This document shows positions 37,901-52,000 of a stretch of 64,000 nt of DNA, piece after piece (positions within the stretch are counted from its first letter, which is position 1; each line of letters starts with the position of its first letter). The stretch spans positions 123,849,151 to 123,913,150 of the forward strand of contig NC_068983.1 of assembly GCF_001194135.2 (NCBI RefSeq), read 5' to 3'. Both the position numbers and the translations under genes were made by a program. The notes below the pieces were generated by a model. It saw nothing but the letters and a program-made list of their open reading frames with translations. It did not search any database and was not told where the DNA came from. The stretch comes from Octopus bimaculoides. Lineage: Eukaryota.

Positions 37901-40900
37901 TGCAAAGAAATATAGTTAGAGTAAAAAAAATGATTTCAATCTGGCTTAGTATGTGGGGTTAGATATGATATTCCAGTAGAAAAAATATTAAATTTAAAAG
38001 AATAAAATATTATTCATTAGGTAAATGACCCTGATTGATATGCAGAAAAGGTAGAGACAGGAATGCCATACAGTGTACCAAGTGCAAGCGATGGACATAC
38101 AAGAAGTGCAGTGGAATGGCAGGAAGATTAACAGAGAAAATAGTCTTTGCATATGGAAGATATACAGAAGCAATAAATACTAAAGAAACCTAATAACAAA
38201 TTTTCTTGAATACCTTAGAGTTTCTATAGAGGCAGTGGACAGTTTCAGTTACTTAGGTGAACTAATGAGCAGTGGAGGAAAATGTTCAGAAAGTACAGTT
38301 GCTAAAGTAAAAATAGAATAGAGAAGGTTCAGAGATCTATTACTCCTTTTAGAACAAAAGGTTTTCTCTCTCAAGGCAAATTGCATGATGCTTGTGTACA
38401 AACAACAATGCTACATAGCAGTGAGATATCAACCCTAAATGCAGATGACAAGCAATGACTAAAGAAGAATGAAGCTGGTATGCTCCATTGCAATGTCAGT
38501 GAGCATGTATGACAGGATACAAGTATTTTGAGGGGAAAATAGATCCTCCTTCCTGAATCTCTTATACCTCTTTCACAATACCTACCCACTCCATACTAAC
38601 CTCACTTTTACCCTTGTTCGACATTCACTACACTCACTTCTACCTTCATCTGTAACCATCTGTTACTCTCTTCTCATACTCTTATCTCTAACCATCTCTT
38701 ACAATCCCATATACTCTTGCAACCTCTATCCACCCACACTTCCTGGTCTTCTATCTTCACTCACTTTTAGTTACCTTCTTGTAGTGTCAGGGTAGGAATG
38801 ATGCCAAAGCAGATGCTGGAACATGATGCAGTCCTATGACCCATCAGAACCTGCTGAACTGTCTGACACATGCCAGCATGGAAGATGGGTGCTTTTTAAC
38901 ATCCTCATATATAAATATATATAGATGGCCCTGCTCAATCTGTAGAAAAGGCATAGGTAGAAACTCCATAAGATGTACCCAATGTAAGCTATGGACACAT
39001 AAGAGGTGCAGCAATATCAAAGGAAGGCTAACTGGAAAGATAGCTTTTGTGTGTGGCAAATGCTCAGGAGTAATAAATACTGAAAACATTCAGAGAACAG
39101 CTTCCGTCACATTCCAGGGGGAAAAACTAGAAGTAGTTGATAGCTTCTGTTACCTAGGAGACCAAGTCAGTAGCGGGAGTGGATACTCTGAAAGTGTAAC
39201 TGCTAGAGTAAGGATAGCCTGGGCAAAGTTCAGAGAGCTCCTACCTCTGCTGGTGACAAAGGGCCTCTCATTCAGAGTAAAAGGTAGACTGTATGATGCA
39301 TGTGTGCGAACAGCTACGCTACATAGCAGTGAAACATGAGCCGTGACTGCTGAGGATATGCATAAACTTGCAAGAAATGAAGCCAGTATGCTCCGCTGGA
39401 TGTGTAATGTCAGTGTGCATACACAACAGAGTGTAAGCACCCTGCGAAAAAAGTTGGACTTAAGAAGTATCAGATGTGGTGTGCAAGAGAGATGACTGTG
39501 CTGGTATGGTCATGTGTTACAAATGGATGAGGACAGCTGTGTGTAAAAGTGTCACACCCTAGCAGTTGAGGGAACCTGCGGAAGAGGTAGACCCAGGAAA
39601 ACCTGGGATGAAATGGTGAAGAACAACCTTCGAACACTGGGCCTCACTGAGGCAATGACAAGTGACTGAGACCTTTGGAGATATGCTGTGCTTGAGAAGA
39701 CCCAGCAAGCCAAGTGAGACCATAACTGTGGCCTATGCCAGTGCTGTATAACCAGCTCATTTAAGAGTACCATTCAATCATTGGGCAATAAACTATGCTT
39801 GCAAAGACCTGTTGAGGTAAGTGAAATCGCTGCCGTGGGCGATGACAGTAACGCCTGATTGGCACCTATGCTAGTGGAGCATTAAAAGCACCATTCAAGC
39901 GTGATCATTGCCAGAGCTGCTGACTGGCTCCCGTGCAGGTGGCATGCAAAAAGCACCATTTGAGCATGGCCGATACCAGTACTGCCTGACTAGCCCTCGT
40001 ACCAGTGGCACGTAAAAGCACCCACTACACTCTCGGAGTGGTTGGCATTAAGAAGGGCATCCAGCTGTAGAAACTTTGCCAGATCAGATTGGAGACTGGT
40101 GCAGACTTCTGGCTCGCCAGCTGTCAGTCAAACCATCCAACCCATGCCAGCATGGAAAGCAAAAGTTAAATGATGATGATGATATATATATATACACACA
40201 CACATATATGTGAAAAAAGAACATGGGTTTGAACTTGGTATTCTTTTATTACATCTGTTACCTATCTTACAATATTCAGTAACAAATGATGTTACACTAT
40301 AAATATAATCCATACATGCACTGTGTAAGTGCAGCATGCAGACACTTCCTCAGACAAGAAATATTTCTTGATTGTGCAATCTGCACTTATGAGGTACATC
40401 AATAGATTGCATTTATAGTGTGACATCATACGTTCTGAATACTGTAACAAACATAATAAAGGTATACCAAGTTCAAGCCCATGTTCTTTTCTAACATTGC
40501 TGATGTGCTCTTTATATTACATTATAGTCCCCTCAGATTGCATAGAAACCAGTGAGAATTTCATGTGATTATCAAGAAAAGCTGAAACCTGAATAATTAA
40601 ATTATAGTACACTGAGCACATCCATTCCTACTTATATCTATATATACATCTCATTATTGTCATCATTTTAATATCCACTTATCCATGCTTGCACGAGTCA
40701 AAATTTGGTGAGGCAAGTTTTCTGCAGGACACCCTTCTTGCTACCAACCCTACTTGTTTCCAAGCAATATTTCTTTATAACTAGACATATTTTTACAGAA
40801 AACTGGAAACAAATGACACTGCTTGTATGACAGTGACACTCATTCACAACTAACACGTGATGTCAAAAAAGGGAAACACAAGCACATACACATATGGTTG

Positions 40901-41044
40901 GCTCCTTTCAGTTTCTGCATATCAAATCTACTCACAAGATTTGCTTAGCTTGGGATTATAGTAAAAGACAATTGCTCAAGGTACCACACTGGGACCAAAC
41001 CTGAAACCATGCAGCTGTGAAAGCAAACTTCTAATTCAGACAGA

Positions 41045-41081
<37 letters not shown>

Positions 41082-42865
41082 GATTAAACAGTGTTGATAA
41101 TATTCATGTTAAGATGAATAAAAACCGATGTAAGTACTTCTTGAAGTGAGTTCTTAATTTTGGTTCAGAGCGAGCACAGCCTGTAGGATTTATTGTCAAG
41201 GGCATTTCAATCAGATTTGATCGACCAAATCTGAAATTGTAGTTCTGTAGAAGATCTGTGCCAGGTAACTGCAAGAAACAAGAATTATAAAGCATTATAG
41301 TATTGACAAACAGTAGTATTAAAGTATTGTAGAATTATCTATTAATATTCTCACCATTCCTAAAACCAAAATCAGGAGTAAATGATTACTAATTTCATCA
41401 TAATGCTCGTTATATAAGAGTTGTTTAGTATTTTGGTATAAATGAAATTTACAAAATAGCAGTAAACAAAATTTCAAAATAGCAACAAACAAACTATTAA
41501 TTACTACTTACTGATTCAATTACTCTGACAACTGATGGTTCTGTCAAGCCAAAAAGATCATCTCCAGTTATGAAATTTGGGAAGATTTTTACTAGTTCAG
41601 CTTCTTTTCTCATTTTTTGTAAAGCTTCAAGCACATGCATCCACACACCTAAAACAAAAATTTCATAATTTAATAAGCATGAAAACAATTTAACCATTTT
41701 CATATCAACCCACATGAGACTGCTCCTTGTTTTACAATACAAACTTTCCATTTTAAGAAAGTATTCTAAATTAAAAGCTTCCATGTTAATTTATGTTCCA
41801 AACACTAGCTTAATATTGACAAAGTTATTTAACCAAATTCTTCACTATTTTCAAAATTAACTGAAACAGAGGCAGTATATTTTACAGAAATATGGTAATA
41901 AAAGGGTTAATAAACATGCATTCAAGATGGAAACAAATTTTAAGAAAAATCAATTCATATGAATGAATGAATAATCACTGTTATCATCATTCTCAGTAAT
42001 CCACTTTTCCATGCTGGTATAGGATGCACAAGTCATCATGGTCCAAGTCAGTTCCTCGTGGATGAATCAGGTGGCCACATCACACCCATATATTCTAATC
42101 TTTGGTATGGTTTCTATGATTAGAAGCTCTTCCTAATACCAACCACTTTACAGAGTGCAATGAGTGCATTCCATCGCAAAGAAATGTTGCCAAGACTTTA
42201 GTAAGACTGAAAAGAACCCATGTCTTTATTTGCTAGTCAACCATGTTAAAGAATGTGCTGGAATCAATACATAGGGGCACCAGCACTAGCTTTGTTCTCT
42301 GTAAGACTAAAGAACCATGCTACAAATTGTTTGACTATATTCTTTCAAATCAAACATGTTCAAGTGAAGATTAGTGAAAGAAAAAGAAAGTATAAGTATG
42401 ATAGGGAGGAAAACAGAGTGACAAGAATAGGAAGGAGTAACAGAAGGGAGACAGTGGTAGCTATATGTTGATTGTTAGTAAGGAAAGTAGTAAGAGAAAC
42501 AGCATGAATGGCATAATGGGATAATTATAATGACATTGAGGGAGAACGAGTGAGGAAATACAGAAGAGCAAAGTTAGGGTACTAAATACAAATACATCTT
42601 ATGTCTGTATTTACTGGTATAAAATACAATAAAAAATGGAATAAAAGTTAATAACTTACATTTTGGTGAATTATCTTTTATTATAACATCTTCAAAACCT
42701 TTCTCCACAATTTTTAATACAAATTCAGGATGACCTTCTTTGTCATGTACACTACATACATAGCGGCATCGCCTATGAAGCTGTCGCATGCTCCAGTAAA
42801 ACCGGGAGCTTTTAAAACCAACCTTAAATATAAATTAAAGTATTAATTTTAATGTGAAAATTTAC

Positions 42866-42904
<39 letters not shown>

Positions 42905-45900
42905 ACACTTATATACACTCACACACAGGGTGAGGGTAGGGTGTACATGTATTCATCAAATCAATTCCATTTATTTAGCAGTCAACAAATGATATGAAAA
43001 CTCTGGAAATAATTTACAATAAAATAATTGAAACATTGTTTCCTATTTAATTTCAGTAACCACATGATCTATATTAGCAACTAATCTCTTATTTTATATA
43101 GTTTCATAACAGAAGTTCAAATTCGAAGTTGTAATTGATGTCTTCTACATTCCTTAAGTCAATATTTAAACAAATAGTTTCCTAATGTTTAATTAGAAGT
43201 TACTCTCTTGTTCCCATGACAAATACTTTAAATCATTTCCATCTGATGTTTTATTATATCTCAATTTCCAAAAATTGGTCATCATTAGTTACAGGTTTCT
43301 AATAAACTAAGCACTACTTCACTACATTTCTGAGGATAAGAGTGGCAACAGTATATCTATATGACGGTGTAAAAAAAAACCAGTTATCTCAAAGGATGCC
43401 ATTCATAAAGCACTAGTTTTTGGTTTTTTCATATTTATATTCTTCATTTGTATGTAAGATTTCCTTACCAATAAAGGTAATTAAGAACAACTAAATCAAG
43501 AATGCATAACCTTTTGCTAGTATTAACAAGAAATAAAGTCCTCAATAAGGGATGGCACAGCGAACCAGTGATACTTTATCATAAGATCAAATGGTAAAAT
43601 CAAGTGACATGTCTCTTCATCAATAGATGAGACATAAACATAAAAAACATACTATTTTTTTACCCAATATTTATGCTTTTACATTATGCCCAAGAGGTAT
43701 TTTCATTTTAACATTAGATTTTCATTTTAAGTATAAGAAAAGAAAAAAGAAAAAAGCATTTTAGATACAGCTATACCATTACATCCACTCCCCATATTGG
43801 CAAATGGCTGGATGGATTGTCATGATCTGATCCAGTTACGTGGAGCTACTGCCCTTCTGCACACACACACACGAAACTTTAAAGTGCCTTGTCTGAAGTT
43901 ATGCATGCATATAACTGCACATATATACATTTCAAGAAAAGAAAATAATGTTTGTACATACTGGATAAATGCATTCTCTGGAGTGAAACTTGCCAGTCTG
44001 GATCTGATGAGGTAGAAGCTGTCCCACAGAATGTAATATGAGAGAACCTATGCGTAAAGTAAAGCGGCTATCTTCCTCATGAACCATACTGCAAAATAAT
44101 TCAAATGAAAATATTTTAAGCTGTTCTGTTAATTAAAAACCCAAAATATGATGTTAGCTTACAGTGAATTCAGTAGATTTTATTATAAAAAGTATTAAGT
44201 GCTAATATCTCATATTGTGAAAATTAATGAAATCATAGTTTTAATGGATTTACAAAATTTTCAACCAATTTGCCATACCTCGTAAAAATAAGATAGATAA
44301 AAAAAACTGCAAAACAAATATTTTATAATAAACTGAAATAAAACAGATGATTTCTATTCATTTTACATATAGTAATTAATTTTACCTTGCTACTTGTTTT
44401 CCTTCTTCACGACACACATAAACTCGTCTGAAAACTACTAATGACTTTAGTTCATTTTCCTGATTATTCTTTGGAACATGGCTTGGACAAAAGAGTGTCT
44501 TTAAAAAACAAAAAAAAATTCAACTAAATCATTAGCCTCAATTAAACTTTGTATCAAGAGGAAAGAGCTATTGATTCTGTATTATATAAAAATAAACTTG
44601 ACAGTGAATTAATTATACCAGTAATCAAGAAACATTATCTGGATAAAGGAACAGATGCAATTATGAATATAATTTTTAAAAATATATGAAAGGAAGCAAC
44701 TTTCAGGAATTTGTTGTACTTGATGAAAACTATTTTGCAGATTGTAAAAGGAAGAATAATTAAGATAAAAATATATCAAAAATTCTGGTACATTCTATAT
44801 TCCTCAACTAAACTAAATGGTGTCCTTCAACGTTAGCTTTGTCAATCTAGTTTAGCAGTCTATTACAAATAATGTAATAACATATTTGGCAGAGACACCA
44901 TAATTCAATCTGGGAACAACATACATGGAACAATGTTGTCATTTAAAAAAAAGGGTAGACTAGATTTAGCATGCCTTGCAAATTACCATAGCATTTTTTA
45001 AAAAAATCTTTTTTAAATCAAATTACTTACTTTATCTTGATAAAATACACATCCATCTTTAATAGCACATCCAAGATGATATATATTGGAACATCGGAAT
45101 TTGAAGCAACCAAGTGTTGCTCCATTCTTATGGCAAATAGAACATTCTAGTGAAAGCCCACGTCGATAAGATTGTTCCACATTGATTAGAGCACCATTTA
45201 ATGTCTCATACACTTCATGAGACCACAAGGCACAGTTCAAATGGGTCCATTTGTCAACATCCAAGTTCAATAACCTGCAGATAAAAGTTTTTCAGCTCAT
45301 TATTTTTTTAATAGTTTCAGCACACACACACACACAAGTGTTTCTAAGTAGGAGAAAAAGTACATGACACCATTATAGAGTATATTAATTTATTTGTGCT
45401 AATCTACCTAACTGTTACTCTAGAGTTCCCCACAATGTCAGGCTAATTCATCAGATAGAATACACTGGATAAATTTATACTCAGCTTATTTTGCTCAACA
45501 AACCAGCTTAATATCAAGGGAACTACAGAATAACAGTCAACAAGATCAGCCAACAAAATGAATTATATATCTTGTGCAATTTGTCACATATGATAATTTA
45601 TATATTTCAATCATACATAAATATATTAGACAAAGATTGAGAATCATAGATTTGAAGATAGTGACAATATGAACAGCCTGAAAATGTTGATCTACAGAAA
45701 TGAGATGAAAGATCAGGACTCTTAAGAGATGATCCACTACAAATAAGGCCAAATCTTCTGTGCTGACTGAGGAAAGTAATTAATGCAGTCACATATGCAC
45801 ATGCATGCATATATAATAATTTTTACCATTAATCAATTGCATGGAATTAAGTTTATTACAAATATACTGTTATAAATAATTTCCTGTTATGAACTTCCTG

Positions 45901-48897
45901 TGCCGGTGGCATGTAAAAAGCACTATCTGAACGTGATCAATGCCAGTGCCTCCTGCCTGGCTCCCATGCTGGTGGCATGTAAAAAGTACCATCCAAATAT
46001 GGTCGATACCAGTGCTCCCTGACTGGCTCCCATGCCGTGGCACGTAAAAAGCACTATCCGAATGTGATCGAATCCAGGGCCTCCTATTGGTTTGTGTGCC
46101 AGTGGCACATAAAAAGCACCCACTACACTCTCGGAGTGGTTGGCATTAGGAAGGGCATCCAGGTTAGGGTTAGGAAGAGCTGTAGAAACATTGCCATATC
46201 AGATTGGAGCCTGATGCAGCCACTGGCTCTCCAGACCTCAGTCAGACTGTCCAACCCATGCCAGCATGGAAAACATTAGTTAAATGATGACGACGAAAAT
46301 TAAGGAGAAAATTAACAAAAACAATATTCACCTTGCCGGTCCATTTGATGATCCATCTCCATGGGTATGACAAAAGGCACATTTTCGAATATCTTCAAGA
46401 TTTGGATTTCTAGGAAGGATCACGCCGATTGATTCCCAAAACTTCTACAATAAGAAACAATAGAATACATTGTACAATCTTCATGTTCTATTTTCTTTTA
46501 ACAAACTTTTATCTGAATAATACCAATTATTAAAATGTCTTCAGTTAGTTTAGTGAGCATTTACTGAATCTAAAGTATCCTACTTCCTACAAAAGTGCAT
46601 TATTTAGAATCCAGTGGTATTTATTTGTCAGTTGAGAGGCAAATAACTGCTGGACCCCAATCTCAATTTTAAAAGTGCATATTTTCAGATTCAATCAATT
46701 TAACTTATCAATTTCTGAAAGAAAACAACTTACAGGATCCAGTTCATCTCGTGTTTGTAATTTTAATGTTCCAAAAATTATATCCCACTTTCTCCATCGA
46801 ACATCTTTCCATTTTTTGGGTGCAGGCTTATGAAGAGAAATAAGAAAACTTAAGAGATTTGAAAAAAAAAAAAAAAAAAAAAAGCCAAAGACTGCGAAAA
46901 AAAAGATAAAGATGAATGTTATCAAAAAATATTAAAATAACTGATCAGCCTAAAAATAAATAATTTCAAATATTCTATTAATAAAAGAAGGATAATAAAT
47001 AACTTCCATCTGAGTTGGTGGAAGTAATAGATAGGTAGACGCTATGCTTGAAACCATTTGCATTCATTGCTTGAGTTGAATCCTGCTAATGTTTACTTTG
47101 TTTTTTCCAGAATCTCAATAACACTTAGTCATATACTTTTCTTTACAAAAATTGTGCTAAAGAGAACTTGAAAGTGTAACAAAGAAATTTTAATGACAAC
47201 TTTGTATATCAATAATTTTAAAAATTAGATCTGAAAATGTATGAAGATCTCAATAAACTCACTTGTGATGGTACTGGTGATGTTGAAGACGTTGACTGTG
47301 ACTCAACACTGTTGCTACTACTTCTGCGGCGTCGCTTACCACATAGCCTGCTAACACTGTTAGTAGTAACATTTTCTTCTCTTTTACCTTGAGGTGATGT
47401 GCATTCAGATGCAGCTATAGATGTTGTAGTTTTTGAAATTGCTGTGGTTGTTACAGCCACAGTAGTTGTGACTGCAGTGGTTGCTGCTGCATCAGCAGTA
47501 GAGGTGGTGGTGGTTGTAGCTACAGTGGTAGTACAAGTTGTAGCAGTTACTGTTCCTCCAACTGAACTTACTGTAGTATGATCAGCTAGAGCACTTTTAT
47601 GTTCAATAATATCACCACCTTCTTTTGTTTCTTCAGGTAAAGCTGAACGATGTGTAATAGCAAACTGAAGATAACAATTTTTACTGCAAAATGTAATTTC
47701 CTCATCCTCAGAATCCTAACAATGAAAAAAATTAAAACATTTTCATGAAAATTTTCAATCAAATAACATGATATTTATATGCAGTATAAAAAGATTTTAA
47801 CCAGAGGATGTAGTGTAGCTAATTGGCCTCCTTCAGATAAATGTATTTTGGTAATATCTAAAGAGTTTAAGAAGTAAATCACCAATGTGGATCCCATACA
47901 TGGTGTTTTTAAGACTCAATTGGGAGGTAGTAAGGTTTCTTTTCCACAAAGTCTATGATTGGGAGTTCAAAATGAAAGTTAGGCTCACATCAGCAGTATA
48001 AAAGGGTGGAAAATGTCAGCAATTACACTGTTAGTGTGAAGTAGATAAGGGCCTTGAGTAGATTACTAAATTCTAAGCTCTTAAAGAGGCAAAGAACCAA
48101 TACAGTGTAATATGAGAAGACTGCTGGTGGGTTTATATCATCGATCAGAATAACTTACGACCGAAACTTTAAAAAAAAAATATTTAAACTAATAATTTCA
48201 TGATAATTCCCATCATTTTTGGAAATGCTGACAATCTCAGGTAAGTTATTACTTTAGGAAAAGTTTTATTCTATTAGTTTGAGGCATTGCTTACTAAATT
48301 GAAATAGTTAACATTTAATTTAAACAAATTTAAAAGGGGAAAAAAAAAACCCGACTTAAATGAAGAAACAATCACCTGTTCTTCTTTTGTAATAAAGGGC
48401 AATTCAGTTTTTTTCTTGCGAATCCCAGGACTTAATACAGCCCAATCACAATGCCGGCAGAATTTAGGCTTTGATTTCACCATGGACTGGATTGATTGTA
48501 TACTAACAGCTTCTTCTTTATCTAAAAGTAAATATCATCAAATACAGGAAACATGTTAAGAGCATATGCAAACACATACAAAACATATAGCAACATTATA
48601 CTAAAATTTACTTTTAAATAACATCAACATTCACAAAAAAAAGGGGACTTCATGGTTTCATACTTAATCCTTTAGCATTTAAAGTGACCATATCCAGCCC
48701 AAATATTCTATCTGTTTCATACTCAAACAAACCAGATCTGACCCCTCACACATACCCTACAATATCAGTCTAAAACTAAACAATCACATCATCAAAATTT
48801 TGAAGCTATTAAATAATGTATGATTAATTCAAAACAATGTGAATAAATAAGCATTACATTTGACAGAGTAATCTAAATACTAAAGGGTTAAACTTTT

Positions 48898-48937
<40 letters not shown>

Positions 48938-49021
48938 NNNNNNNNNNGTGTGTGTGTGTGTGCGCGCGCGCGTACTGATGTCAAATCACGAGGCAATTAA
49001 ATTTCACACAAAATGTGCAGG

Positions 49022-49060
<39 letters not shown>

Positions 49061-52000
49061 TTCTCATTATTAAAATTCCTCCTCTAAAAGGTTATATTTT
49101 TGGAAAGTTAGGATCAAACTTTCAAATGCCAGGGAAGATAATATTTATACTTCCAGTTTCAAATTTAAATTTGCTTAGATGTCTATAACTATGCTCTATG
49201 AATTGGACCATTTATTTTGGTAATAATTTGAAATGTATTTATAAATTAACAGTCTGTATAAATTAACTACAGAATATAAAACCTGAATATTTGAGAAATA
49301 TAAACATATTTCATTTTTGTTTATTTAAAATATGTGTTTCTTGTTACTACATCACAGCCTAAAATAATAGAAGACATTTACCCAATCTGGCTCAAGCTGG
49401 GTCAAAGCTGAAACCATATGGTACACTATATATAATAAAATGAAATGAAACATGATAATCTTATTGAACCACACCAAATGAAACAGGAAGTCAGATAAAA
49501 TAAAAATATGCAGATGCCACAATATTTATGAAAGACTAAATTAAGAATCCACATTTTTAACTATATCACATATAGACTATTAATTTTTTTTTACATTTTA
49601 TACTTTAAATCCTGAAATTTAAAAAAACAAACTTATATACTTACGAGTCATATTATACTTCAATACTTCAGGAGAAGGAGTTTCACTAATTTCATAAGGG
49701 GGCACAGCAATCTTTAACAGATCAGCAATAGCAGAAATAACTCCTCCAATGTCATCTTCAGCAGTTGCTTTCAAAGTGAGTGTCACAGATACTTGCTGTG
49801 TAAGATTTTTAAAGGGTCGAGCAAGACTTGATGACAATGTTGGCATTTTGGCTGATAGACTGTCCTTTTCTATTAACTTGCCACTTAAATCTGAATAGTT
49901 CTGAGTTTTCTCTCCTAAGCTAAATTCAGGCCAGCTGGAAACAAGATCCATTTCTTTCTTGCATATAATTTTAGTATCTAAATCTGATGATAATTTATTT
50001 TCTTCTTTAACTGATGTGATACATGGACGAACTGGGATGGGCTGAATAAGAGGCAAAATAGGGGAAGATGTTTCCCGAACAGCTGGATCTATAGGACGTA
50101 AAGCTGGAAAATCATCTCCTTCAAGAACAGTTTCAGGGGAAGATGAAGATATTATTGTATCTGGACTATCACTTGATCTAAAATAGAATTTTTAAAATAT
50201 TATAAAAAGTTTATAGTAATAAGTCAATTAACTAAAAATATTGAAATTTATTCTAAAAGTAACAAAAAGTTATATTAAAATTCATTAATTTCATTATGAA
50301 ATAACAGACTTTCTTATAATGAAAAATATTTATAAATAGAACAGAATTACCTGGAAGGATGGTCAAGTCTTGGCTCTATGAGTGGTGGAGGTGGTAATAC
50401 AGGTGTATATTTAGGATAGTTAAGTCCAACCACAGAGGTATTTCCTGCTTGTAACCAATCACTAGTGTTTGTTTTATTGGCTGATGCAGTAACTCCAGTG
50501 TTGCCAGGTGTTGTCACAGTACCTCCAGTATTCACACCTGCTCTGGCTGCTGCAGCTGCTGCTACTTGTTCTGTAGTGAGATGATATCTTTGTTGTTCTG
50601 TTACAGGAGCTGTAAATTATTCAATTTTGTTTCAAATGCTAAACAAATTATCAAACAATCTTAAGAGAACAGCAGTATTTCTGAATTACCATAAACCCAA
50701 AGAATAAATTTTTTTTTTTTTTTTTGAAATTTCAATTTAACATGTTAAAATAAGTATGCATTAAATTTTTTCTTCCTAACTTCTATTAATCAGATTTTCT
50801 GCAATTTAAATACCAATGATACAAATAACATAATCTAATACATAATGATATTAAAAACAAACATTTTGTAACTTTACCACTGTCAATGATAAAGTGAATA
50901 TACTTGTAGCATAAAAAAAAATAAATTCCAATTAGGAAAAAAATCAGATTTGAAGCAAGAAATTTAATTGAATGCTTTTCATCTTAATAGGTATATTTAA
51001 AACAGTAGATTGTAAAAGGCAGCACACTAAAAGCCTTAACAGCATTTAGTTTAAACCCTTTGGTCCCCATGAAGGAATCTCTTCAGGGTCGAAGAAATAA
51101 GTTCCAGTCACCCTCTCACTCCACTAAAGTGATTTTCTAAGGCTAAGAAAAATAATGATAATTTATCTTTAGAATGATTTCCTTTTTAATCATTTAGATT
51201 TTTACTGCTATTCGATCAAAATTAGATGCTCTTCTTTTCTCCAACCAGAAAAGAAGGGAGATTAGCTGACTTTGCTAAAAGTTATGCAAGAAATGCAATC
51301 AATGTTAGCAAAATAGAAGTACATCAACCTGATGCAAGTTCCTAGAAATAGTTTTAGCTGTGCTTACATTTGTAAATGGAGCCAGTCCTAATCCAAGCTA
51401 AATGATTCAAAACTACAGATTGTATTTTCTCATTTATTCATACAATTTTCAGTTTTATGTATCATTATCAGTAGCATTTTACATGTTTTTCACTCCATCT
51501 TTCTCTCTCTATAAGATTAATAAGGTAACATATTTAAAATTATCATTATGCAAAAATATTATCATGTAACCAGAAGAAATCTAATTTGATCAGGCTCTTA
51601 ATATCAAGCAACAATATGGTCAAGTGAGTGGATATAACAGATCAACAAATGTTTGCTCCTCTCTCACTCTCTCTCTCTCTCTCTTTTTATAGAAAAAAGT
51701 AAGAAAGCATTCCACACCATTGTAAATATTATTCATGCCTAAACTTACAAAATGTTTCTTTTGTTTTTTTTCAATACAAATGAATCAGAACTAACAATAA
51801 GTAAACAAATTTCATTTAAATTTCTTCATTACATTTTAAACTGTCATTAATAAGGGAAAAAATTATAAATCTTTGAGAGCTTACTGCAAGAAGTAAAGAG
51901 ATACTGAAAATATTACATTTCACAATGTCATTTAAAGAATATTAATATCATACAATTCATACAATTAGTAAAGTTATATTAAAAGATAAAGGAAACACTG

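Noticed and set aside
47399-47581. Plus-strand Val-rich ORF, also 17758-18012, 37722-37919, 55249-55470 and 59805-60011
   Set aside because: Antisense shadows of real exons
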